This document shows positions 10,168 to 18,595 of a stretch of 64,000 nt of DNA, one piece after another. Each line of letters starts with the position of its first letter. The first letter of the stretch is position 1. Source of the DNA: Candidatus Latescibacterota bacterium (GTDB lineage Bacteria > Latescibacterota > UBA2968 > UBA8231); the NCBI GenBank assembly GCA_965203355.1, contig OZ241889.1:3712001-3776000 (forward strand). The letters run 5' to 3'. The translations under genes were made by a program, and so were the position numbers. The notes below the pieces were generated by a model. That model had not been told where the DNA came from and did no database searches. It saw nothing but the letters and a program-made list of their open reading frames with translations.

Positions 10168-11121
10168 ATGGAGTTCTTGCGCGAAGAAATCTTTGCCCAT
10201 CACTTCTCCACGGCTGACTTTCTCGCCGCCTGTCACCAAGCGTTTGAGCACTACGGCGCGGGGGTCATCCACAATCCACCGCGCACTGAATCCATCCAAA
10301 AGCGCGGAGCATTCGACTACTTTCGCTTGGACATGCCAGCCGAATGGCCGGGGAAGTTTCGCACGTGCAAGATCATCGAAGAATTTTCAGACGTGGCGAG
10401 CGGGCGGTTGGCCAAGCGGGAAGCGTATATCGCATTGAAAGCACTGCAACAGAGCCGATCGTGGCGGCTAGAGGCCGGATACATCACCGACCAGCGCACG
10501 GGCGCGGCCGGCGCACTGGGCCTTCAATATCTAGCGGGCAAATCCATCAAGCGAGTCGCCATTCTGGGAACCGGCCGGATTGCGCGGGCCTTGGCCCTGT
10601 CCTGCGACGCACTCTTTGATCTAGCGGAGATTGCCTGCACGAGTCGCCGGCCTGAGAACCGCGCGGCGTTTGCCGAAGCGGTCGAACCAGCTCTGTGCGC
10701 CAGCCTGCGGATGGCAGCCTCGCTAGAAGCGTGTATAGCCGGTGCCGACGCCGTGCTGACGGCGGTGCCGACGCCGCAGCCCATTTTGACCGCGGCGATG
10801 CTGGCCGACGTGCCTTATCTCGCCGTCATCGCCGGGGACAGTCGCACGCGCCAACTCGCGCCAGCAGTACTCTACGAGCGCACGGTCGTCGTCGATATCC
10901 TCGCTCAAGCCCAGCAGTCCGGGGAGTTCCGCTTTGCGGCGGAGCAGGGCCAAGCTGCGCCGATCGCCTTGGCGCGCAACGTCGAAGGCAAGGTGCTGGA
11001 TATCGGCGATGCGGCCTGCGGGCGTCTTGGCACGTCCGCGCCGAGCGCGGTCTATCTGACAGGCATGGGGGCGCAGGACTTGTGTGCGGCGGCCATGGTG
11101 TACCACCGCCTGCTCACTTGA
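10168..11121 (+). CDS. ornithine cyclodeaminase/mu-crystallin family protein
   Basis: ITDQRTGA, GTGRIA Rossmann motif, TGMGAQDL. Confidence 0.75.
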   Translation: MEFLREEIFAHHFSTADFLAACHQAFEHYGAGVIHNPPRTESIQKRGAFDYFRLDMPAEWPGKFRTCKIIEEFSDVASGRLAKREAYIALKALQQSRSWRLEAGYITDQRTGAAGALGLQYLAGKSIKRVAILGTGRIARALALSCDALFDLAEIACTSRRPENRAAFAEAVEPALCASLRMAASLEACIAGADAVLTAVPTPQPILTAAMLADVPYLAVIAGDSRTRQLAPAVLYERTVVVDILAQAQQSGEFRFAAEQGQAAPIALARNVEGKVLDIGDAACGRLGTSAPSAVYLTGMGAQDLCAAAMVYHRLLT

Positions 11122-13963
11122 ACAACCCCGAGTACTTAAAGGTCATAATGTAATCCTGCGAGCCTTTCCTTTTTTCTTGCGGCCGGCTGTCGTAAATATC
11201 CCAGCCGAAGCCAAAGAGAAACTGATCCTTGTAAAAGGAAACGGCCACGCCCAGCGAAATGGCCAGCGAGTTTCCGGTCGACAGGGCTTCAAGGACATTG
11301 CCGATGGCGGTAAAATGGATGCCGGAAATCGACGGGCTATCCACGTTGTGCCAGCCGGCAAAGGCCAATCCGGGCAAGCCAATCAGGCGCTCGGTTTGGC
11401 CCGGGATCGCGTTGCCGTCGGCGTCGGTATAATCGCGGCCGGGACGGATCGTCAAAAAGGAAACCAGTGGCTTGGCCTCAAATTCCCACCTCCAGCCCCC
11501 GGCTTCCAAAAGCTGCGACACGCTCTGCGGCGGAGCACCCGGGTAGCTATGGGTGGTAATTTTGAGCCGCACGCGGCGATTGTCTTCTTCCGACAACCGC
11601 AAGTTGAGATCTTCGGCCAGGACGCGCTCGCCGCTCGACTCGTAGATGGGAACCTTCTGCTTTTGAGTACTGCTTTTGCTTTTGGGGTCATAGTTTTCGT
11701 CGAGTGGAGTCCACTCGACGACCAGTTCGCGACCGATTAACGCCGGCCGCAGGGAGTCGGGAATCGCAAAGGCTACATCCACTTTGGTACCGTCTTTTTG
11801 CACCACCGGCGTATTGTCCCAGCCGACCGCCAAGGGCTGGGTCTGCTCGCCGCGCGAAACCAAAACTTCGACAATCTGCGCCAAGTCAATGTCGGCGAGC
11901 ACCCCGCGTCCCTTGTATTCGAGTGGACGGGCGCGGTCCTTGACATCATTGCTAATCAACAGAACGCGCCCTCGGCGGTCGCCCAAGGCATTAGGCGTAA
12001 AAAATAGCGTGAGGCGGGCGGACTCGCCCGGGGCCAGTGCGAATTGCGCCGGTGCCACTTGGGCCTCTTTGCTTTGGGAATGCGCCTCGACTTGCAGCAC
12101 AGTATCGCCGACGTTAGTGGCCACCAAGGTCCTTTCTGTTTGTTCCCGCAAGACCGCGTAGCCAAAATCGACGACGCCCGCCGGATTCAGCTCGATTTCC
12201 GCGGCCACGCCGTTGCCCTTGAGCAGGATGTCGAGCGTCATCATCTCATGCGCGCCCAAGCCATCCAAGCGCAAAGTCCCGGAAATCGCTCCGCGGGTCG
12301 ACGGGCTAAAGGCCACGTGCAACGGCAAGGTGCGCTGGCTGTGGGCCGGTAGCAAGAACTTGCTGTGGGCGTCGATTGAGGTGTGAGCGGTAAACTCGCT
12401 ACTCGTCGATCGAAGCTGGTTAATCTCAAAGTCGGCGTTGCCCACATTGGCTATCTCGAGGACTCGGCTGCTGCTTTCGCCAACGGCGACTCGACCGAAA
12501 TCCACGGTCGCCGGGCTGAGGGCGAAAAACTGGCCGACGCCCTGCAAGCGCACGGTCTGGCGTTCTGCTCCGGCCTCGACGTGGAGGACGGCTTGGCGAG
12601 CGCCGGCTTCCTTGGGCGAAAAACTCAGGGCCACTTGCGCACCAGCTTTAGGCTGAACCAGGACCGAGTGCTGTTCGAGACCAAATTCAACGCCCTCGTC
12701 CGCCGCCAGGGCGACCTCCACTACACCCGGCTGGCCCCCCTTGTTCCACAACAGCAAATGGCCGCGCACGGTCCCGCCGATGGGCACGCGGCCAAAGTCA
12801 ACGGCGCCATTGATAATCTCAATGCGCGGCGGGCTGATTTGGCCGCGACCCGCGAGGGGGATGGCCACTTCGGCGGCTTGTGGATCGCTAGTGGACAGAC
12901 GCAGGACGCCGCTTCGTTCCCCTTCGCTCTGCGGCACAAACGCCGCACTCAGGTCGAGTCGCCCTTTGGGCGCAATGGTCGCCGACGAATCCACCACGCC
13001 AAGGACAAAAGCCGCCCCTTCAATGGCGGCGTTTTCAAGGTGCAACTCGGCTTGGCCCTGATTGAGGACGGTCACGCGGCGCGTTAGGCGCTGGCCCACT
13101 TCAACGGCGCCAAAGTCGAGACCCACTTGTGGGAGGGGCGAAAAGGCCGCTTGCGGCACTAACCCGCGCCCGCGCAAGGGAATGGACCAATTCCCAACGT
13201 CGGGCGCGGCCACGACGAATTCGGTCGCGACCAGCCCCTTGCGCCTCGGGGAGAATGCAACGTCGATCCGCGTTTCACCCCCGGGAGCAGGCCAAGTGCC
13301 AACCTCGCCCGCAACGCTAAAAGGCTCTTGTAGATCGGCAACTTCCAGCCGCCCAGCCGCCACGGACACGGCACCGGTGTTTTTGACAATAACGGCGGCC
13401 GTCGCCACTTGCCCGACGGGCACTGCGCCAAAATCCAACCCTTCGGCCGGCAAGATCACTAGAGTCGGAACGACGGCGGCGGCTTGGAGCGGCACGGCCA
13501 AGCGCTCGTCTTTGAACAAGCCGGCTACCTGCAATGTCAGTTCGCCTACATGCGCTCTGGCTACCGTAGCACGGAAGCGCACTTCGACGCGGCTGACGCT
13601 CTTACCGCCCAGGCGCAGCGTATCCGGTGATGCGTCAAAACCAGCACCGTTAATGCCGACGATCACTTCGATTGCATCGTCTTGTAGATTTTCGACGGAA
13701 ACAGACGCGCGCGTCTCCACGCCAACGCCGACTATACCCAAGTCGATAGCATTCGAGTCCGTGGCGAGGGATTGGGCGCGTAGAGCCGCTGGCAGGAACA
13801 GGAGGGCAAGTAGCAGCAAAAAAGAAGAGCGACCAACCAGCCAGAATACCGAATACAATGTTTGTCGAAGTTCCACGTCGTAGAGGAGTGGAAAACTTCC
13901 TCTGAGGTATTCTTCGCGCCGATTCAGGTCGCTCTCTGTTCGTTGAAACATACGCTTAAACAA
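11114..13963 (-). CDS. large exported protein with about six ASH/HYDIN-like (choice-of-anchor D) Ig-like domains
   Basis: Repeated LDFG.V.VG......V..N.G and F.P...G motifs; signal-like segment ending ALRA; start codon uncertain. Confidence 0.75.
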   Translation of the reverse strand: MFKRMFQRTESDLNRREEYLRGSFPLLYDVELRQTLYSVFWLVGRSSFLLLLALLFLPAALRAQSLATDSNAIDLGIVGVGVETRASVSVENLQDDAIEVIVGINGAGFDASPDTLRLGGKSVSRVEVRFRATVARAHVGELTLQVAGLFKDERLAVPLQAAAVVPTLVILPAEGLDFGAVPVGQVATAAVIVKNTGAVSVAAGRLEVADLQEPFSVAGEVGTWPAPGGETRIDVAFSPRRKGLVATEFVVAAPDVGNWSIPLRGRGLVPQAAFSPLPQVGLDFGAVEVGQRLTRRVTVLNQGQAELHLENAAIEGAAFVLGVVDSSATIAPKGRLDLSAAFVPQSEGERSGVLRLSTSDPQAAEVAIPLAGRGQISPPRIEIINGAVDFGRVPIGGTVRGHLLLWNKGGQPGVVEVALAADEGVEFGLEQHSVLVQPKAGAQVALSFSPKEAGARQAVLHVEAGAERQTVRLQGVGQFFALSPATVDFGRVAVGESSSRVLEIANVGNADFEINQLRSTSSEFTAHTSIDAHSKFLLPAHSQRTLPLHVAFSPSTRGAISGTLRLDGLGAHEMMTLDILLKGNGVAAEIELNPAGVVDFGYAVLREQTERTLVATNVGDTVLQVEAHSQSKEAQVAPAQFALAPGESARLTLFFTPNALGDRRGRVLLISNDVKDRARPLEYKGRGVLADIDLAQIVEVLVSRGEQTQPLAVGWDNTPVVQKDGTKVDVAFAIPDSLRPALIGRELVVEWTPLDENYDPKSKSSTQKQKVPIYESSGERVLAEDLNLRLSEEDNRRVRLKITTHSYPGAPPQSVSQLLEAGGWRWEFEAKPLVSFLTIRPGRDYTDADGNAIPGQTERLIGLPGLAFAGWHNVDSPSISGIHFTAIGNVLEALSTGNSLAISLGVAVSFYKDQFLFGFGWDIYDSRPQEKRKGSQDYIMTFKYSGLFK

Positions 13964-13972
13964 CCTACCATG

Positions 13973-15145
13973 TCAAGCGGAAAGAAGTTGCTCCAACCCT
14001 CGGACGAGCCGATCCATGCCCTCGGCCACATCCTTTTGGCGCAATGCACCGTAGGCGACGCGCAAATAGCAGTCCGCGCTCAATCCGAAGGCATTGCCAG
14101 GGATGACGGCGACCTTGTGATCCCGCACCAAGCGAGCGACCACGTCCATCGCGTCCAGATCGGTTTGCAGACGCGCCAACAAATAAAAAGCACCCTCGGC
14201 CGCCGGAACTTGCACTCGCGCGCCGATCTCGCCCAGCCGCTCTAGGCAAAGCCGGCGCACCGCATCCATACCCGCTAGATGAGTCCTACAGTATGCAGAG
14301 CCGACCGCGAGCGCCCCGAGCGCAGCGCGTTGCGAGATGACCGGCGGGCAGATGAGCACAGTGTCTTGAATTTTTTCTAGCGCGCTCAACAGATGCCGTG
14401 GAGCCACGAGGTAACCGACCCGCCAACTGGCGAGGCCGTAGGCTTTGGAAAAGGAAAAAAGCGAGATGGTGTGCTCGGCACTGTGGGACAGTGAGCCGGG
14501 CGAAAAGTGTCGCGCCGCGCCGTAGGTGAAGTACTCGTACGCCTCGTCGGAAAAGTGGTAGAGACCCCGCTCGCGGCAGAGCCGATTGACCGCAGCCAAG
14601 TCCGCGGGCCGATAGACCGCACCCGTTGGATTGTTGGGCGAGATCGTGACAATGGCGCGGGTGCGCGCTGTGATCGCGGCGGCAATCGCGTCGAGGTCGA
14701 GCTGATAGGCCGCGTCTGTAGCCACGAGCACGGCCCGGCAGTTGGCCAAGGCCAAGGCCATTTCGTGGTTGAAATAAAAAGGCGACATCACGACGATCTC
14801 ATCGCCCGGGTCGGCAATGGCGAGCAAGGCGTGGTAAAAGCCCATGTTGGAACCTGCCGTGACCATCAAGACCTGATCGTCGCCCACCTCGATCTGATTC
14901 TCGCGCACGAGTTTTTGGTGCAGCTCTTCCCTGAGTTCGGGCAGGCCAAGGGCGGCCTGATAGTGATGTTCGGCAATCGCACCGCCGAATTGGGCCACCG
15001 CCTGCATGGCTTGGGGTGGCGGCGGGTAGTGAACTACGCCTTGGCCGAGGGAAATGGTGCCCGGGTTATCGCGGATGAGGGCGGCCACATGCGGGATCAC
15101 CGGGCTTTGTACCGCCTGTACGCGCTTTGAGTCGAACATGGGCAT
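13973..15145 (-). CDS. PLP-dependent class I/II aminotransferase
   Basis: ISLGQG, SPNNPTG, DEAY, SFSKAYGLASWRVG. Confidence 0.9.
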   Translation of the reverse strand: MPMFDSKRVQAVQSPVIPHVAALIRDNPGTISLGQGVVHYPPPPQAMQAVAQFGGAIAEHHYQAALGLPELREELHQKLVRENQIEVGDDQVLMVTAGSNMGFYHALLAIADPGDEIVVMSPFYFNHEMALALANCRAVLVATDAAYQLDLDAIAAAITARTRAIVTISPNNPTGAVYRPADLAAVNRLCRERGLYHFSDEAYEYFTYGAARHFSPGSLSHSAEHTISLFSFSKAYGLASWRVGYLVAPRHLLSALEKIQDTVLICPPVISQRAALGALAVGSAYCRTHLAGMDAVRRLCLERLGEIGARVQVPAAEGAFYLLARLQTDLDAMDVVARLVRDHKVAVIPGNAFGLSADCYLRVAYGALRQKDVAEGMDRLVRGLEQLLSA

Positions 15146-15155
15146 GGGATTTTTG

Positions 15156-15767
15156 CTATCCTTCTATGCCTACAATGACCAGCGGAACCGTTGGTACGCC
15201 ACGTCCTTGTCGTACTACGTTGTACAACTCCCCCTCGTAATAAGCTACTCCAGAACTCATTTGCGATTGCAAGGTCTTCGTCGGCAATATCTCAATGCCC
15301 ACATCTATCTGATCGCCAACATAAAAAGCAAGATGCTTTACAAATAAGTCGTATGCAACGAATGAATACTTGCCAAATTGCACCTCGATAGCTACTCTAT
15401 TTTTCACAAAATCAGTCTGATTGTAACTGAAGATTGGCTCCTGACCTGCTCGCCGAATTTCCTCCTTCTGATTCTCAGCAGACATTGTAAGAGTCCTTCT
15501 TATCAGCCCCTCATCTTTCGTCACCCAATAGTTGACCCGACTTTCAGACCATCCCTGCGATTTTAGCAACCTCTTAAACGCTTTATTCATTTCTACGGGA
15601 CTATATAGTAAGCGTCCCTCCATAGTTCTCTCTCGTGATACTTTTGTCTTGCAAGCATTGCCATCTACTTGCTCGATCACCTCCTTTATCTCTGTCCATA
15701 GGTCTGAGCGATGAACGAGTAGGTATTCAAGTCCGTTTAAGTGAGAGTATGCTTCAGCTACCTTCAT
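15156..15767 (-). CDS. type II restriction endonuclease, BstYI/BglII family
   Basis: YSHLNGLEY, QTDFVKNRVAIEVQFGKYSFVAYDLFVKH, SSGVAYYEGELYN; closely resembles BstYI as I recall it; low GC. Confidence 0.88.
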   Translation of the reverse strand: MKVAEAYSHLNGLEYLLVHRSDLWTEIKEVIEQVDGNACKTKVSRERTMEGRLLYSPVEMNKAFKRLLKSQGWSESRVNYWVTKDEGLIRRTLTMSAENQKEEIRRAGQEPIFSYNQTDFVKNRVAIEVQFGKYSFVAYDLFVKHLAFYVGDQIDVGIEILPTKTLQSQMSSGVAYYEGELYNVVRQGRGVPTVPLVIVGIEG

Positions 15768-16711
15768 GAAGATCGCTTCTCTTTAATCAAAATCAACTGA
15801 TCGGATTCTTTCTCTTTCGAGTTCCAAGGCGACACAGCCAACTTGTTCTTCTTTGCCGTCGGATCGTATTTGGGTTTATTCATCGGCCTCGTTTTCAACG
15901 TTCCGTTTATTGCGCTCTGAACCCTATCTCGGGCGATTTCAACATACTTACCTTCTGTCTCTGCTCCAACGCCGCGGCGGCTGTTTTTTATGGCAGCAAT
16001 AACAGAAGTACCCGTTCCAAGAAATGGGTCTAGTACCCAGTCACCCTCATTTGTCATTGACAGAACAAGCCGTTCAATCAGTTCGACTGGATACTGGCAA
16101 GGATGTTGGGTTTTTTCTATGTGATTGCTTTTAACATTTGGCACGTCCCAAATATCGCCTGGATTTTTTCCCAATGGATTACAAGAATACTGCCCGGCTT
16201 TCGGCCCCTTGAAGTACTTCTTAGCCGGGTACTTCTGCGGAACTCGCACTGGATCGAGATTAAAAACGTAATTCTTTGTTTTTTTAGTGAACCAATTTAT
16301 CGTTTCATAGCGTCCAGAAAATCTTCTAGAACAATGCAGGCCGTGTTCAAAGTGCCAAATAATTCTATTTCTCATAACGAGGTTTTGTTCTTGAAACATA
16401 GGAAAAAGAATGGTATCGAGAGGAATAATCGAACCATTATTAATGTAATTTCCCACTTGCCAACAAATACTGCCAGAGTTGGAAAGAACGCGGACGCATT
16501 CCCTTATTACTTCTCTTTGTTGTTTTAAGTAGATCTCAATATCAAGTCTTTTTTCGTATTCCTTACCTATGTTATACGGAGGCGATGTAACAATTAACTG
16601 TATTGAATTATCTGGAATGGACTTAAACAACTCTAGGCAATCCCCATAAAAAATTACTGCATGTTCCTCACAGTCAAATTTTTCCGCTACTTTGATATCT
16701 AAGCCGAACAT
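15764..16711 (-). CDS. beta-class N4-cytosine/N6-adenine DNA methyltransferase, cognate of the REase
   Basis: TSPPY before DPFLGTGT; HPCQYP; 4-nt overlap with REase; low GC. Confidence 0.92.
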   Translation of the reverse strand: MFGLDIKVAEKFDCEEHAVIFYGDCLELFKSIPDNSIQLIVTSPPYNIGKEYEKRLDIEIYLKQQREVIRECVRVLSNSGSICWQVGNYINNGSIIPLDTILFPMFQEQNLVMRNRIIWHFEHGLHCSRRFSGRYETINWFTKKTKNYVFNLDPVRVPQKYPAKKYFKGPKAGQYSCNPLGKNPGDIWDVPNVKSNHIEKTQHPCQYPVELIERLVLSMTNEGDWVLDPFLGTGTSVIAAIKNSRRGVGAETEGKYVEIARDRVQSAINGTLKTRPMNKPKYDPTAKKNKLAVSPWNSKEKESDQLILIKEKRSS

Positions 16712-16773
16712 CTTTTATTCTCCTCTTTCTCTAGCGCATAGATAACTTTTCGCAACGTTGTTTCTCTCCCAAC

Positions 16774-17685
16774 TTACCGCAACGCTTCCTGCAACCGCTC
16801 GAACAGACGATCTATTTCGGCACGTGTTTCCGCGTCGAGGGCATAGCTCAGAGGGCCGCGGTGAACTGGGTTGGGAAAGAGGCCGCGCTTGTGCATTAGA
16901 TAGCGCTCGACCACGATAAAGCCGTCCAAGCCCCCTTGAATCTGCAACGTACACAGGGCGCAGATGGGGAAGTAAATCTGGTACGCACGTGCTTCGTCGC
17001 CAGCGACGAGCGCACGCCACAAGGCCGTCGTGCCGTCGAGTAGATCAACGCCGGGAATGGTCCCGCGAATACCGCGGCGGAAAGAGTCAATAAGCAACAA
17101 TCCGCCGCTGCCTTCAAAGATGCCGGCCCGGCCCCCCGTGTGGTCGCGCAGGGCCGAAATGCAAGGTCCCAAAGGGGTTGCTTCGGGTTTGAAGAGGATG
17201 CGCTCGCCATAGTCGCGAAAGAGCGACGCTTGAAACTCAATGCTCATGGGATTGCCGACATACGAGCTGGCGTCTTGGATCATGACTGGGATGGAGACCT
17301 CGGCGAGCAAAGCGGCAAAATACGCACGCAACTCGCTTTCCCCCAAGGCGCGGGAAATGGGCGGAATGGCCATGACGGCGGCCGCACCGCCGTCTTCAGC
17401 CGCACGGGCGTAACGCCGGGCTTGGGCCGTGCCCTCGGCCCCAACGCCGATGATGACCGGGCCACGCCCTTGAGCGAACTCCACGAGCCGGGCCGGAAGC
17501 ACCAGCCGCTCGGCAGCCGTCAAGCGCAACAGGTCGGATACCAAAGCGAGGCAGAACCCGTGTGCTCCCGTCGCGAAAAGGTAATCGACTTCGTTGGCCA
17601 GTACGGTGTAATCAATGGCTTGGTCGTCGGTGTACGGCATGTGGACGACCGGCAGAACGTCTTTGATCTCGTAATTCATGGTCAT
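16774..17685 (-). CDS. dihydrodipicolinate synthase (DapA) family aldolase
   Basis: Start re-called at MTMNYEIK (ATGA overlap with upstream stop); LPVVHMPY, SDLLRLT..ER, FKPE Schiff-base lysine. Confidence 0.8.
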   Translation of the reverse strand: MTMNYEIKDVLPVVHMPYTDDQAIDYTVLANEVDYLFATGAHGFCLALVSDLLRLTAAERLVLPARLVEFAQGRGPVIIGVGAEGTAQARRYARAAEDGGAAAVMAIPPISRALGESELRAYFAALLAEVSIPVMIQDASSYVGNPMSIEFQASLFRDYGERILFKPEATPLGPCISALRDHTGGRAGIFEGSGGLLLIDSFRRGIRGTIPGVDLLDGTTALWRALVAGDEARAYQIYFPICALCTLQIQGGLDGFIVVERYLMHKRGLFPNPVHRGPLSYALDAETRAEIDRLFERLQEALR

Positions 17686-18530
17686 AGGCTTCGGTGTGAC
17701 CGGCGCAGGATGGCAAAGAGCTGTTCGGCGATATCGTCGTTGGCGGCCGCCAAGAAGTGCCCGAATTTGCGGCGCTGAGTATAAGTCGGGCGGCGATGCT
17801 CCCCAACGTAGCAACGCGCTCCGGCTTCTTCGGCAATCAGCGACGGCGGGCCGACGTCATAGACTTCGACTTGGCGCGTCAGGTACGCGCACAGCGTCCC
17901 CTCGGCGATCTCGGTGAGGACCAATGCGGCGCCAATGGGACTTTCGCGCGGGATCAGCGCGGGGCGGGCAAGGGCCTGATAGGGGCGGGCTTTGGAGGAA
18001 ATGAAGACCTTGTTCGTGCGCGGTTCGCCAGGGAGCTGCAAGCACCGAGGGCGGCCATTGCCAACGCGCACAAAAGCACCCGCGCCCTTAACGGCCGTGA
18101 AAATTTTATCCTCCGAGGGCCGCGCGACAATCGCGGCTAGCATCTCGCCATCGCAAGCCAAACCGATCGCGATGTGATAGGGCGCGTCGCCCCGCTTGAA
18201 ATGCAAGGTGCCGTCAATGGGGTCGAGGATGACCGCATAAGGCGAGGTGTTGCCGACAAAGCGCTTTTTGAGCGGTGTGCGCTCCTCGGCAATGCAGCGC
18301 ACAAACGGGAAGTGCTGGAGCACAGCCGCGAGGAGGATGTCCTGCACGGCCGCGTCGAGCACCGTGAAAGCCGTGGAAGCGTCCTGCGCTTTGCGGCCGG
18401 TAAGGCTCTTGTCCGCAGCCTTGCCAATGTCGGCGACTTGCCCGTAGAAAATCAGCGAGGCGCGGGCGCACTGACCGACGACTGGCAACAGCGCGTCGAT
18501 AAAGTCGTCGGGGGCGATGTTTTCGGCCAT
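17682..18530 (-). CDS. inositol monophosphatase family protein
   Basis: AEE, LDPIDGTLHF, YDVGPP..IAEEAG. Confidence 0.85.
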   Translation of the reverse strand: MAENIAPDDFIDALLPVVGQCARASLIFYGQVADIGKAADKSLTGRKAQDASTAFTVLDAAVQDILLAAVLQHFPFVRCIAEERTPLKKRFVGNTSPYAVILDPIDGTLHFKRGDAPYHIAIGLACDGEMLAAIVARPSEDKIFTAVKGAGAFVRVGNGRPRCLQLPGEPRTNKVFISSKARPYQALARPALIPRESPIGAALVLTEIAEGTLCAYLTRQVEVYDVGPPSLIAEEAGARCYVGEHRRPTYTQRRKFGHFLAAANDDIAEQLFAILRRSHRSL

Positions 18531-18539
18531 AATACAAGC

Positions 18540-18583
18540 CCCGGTTTGTCGGGCAAATCGACCACTCGCCCCGACAAACCGGG
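18540..18583. repeat. intergenic inverted repeat (hairpin, REP-like or terminator-like)
   Basis: CCCGGTTTGTCGGG (18540-18553) and its exact reverse complement CCCGACAAACCGGG (18570-18583). Confidence 0.7.
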
Positions 18584-18595
18584 CGGTGCGGCTCC

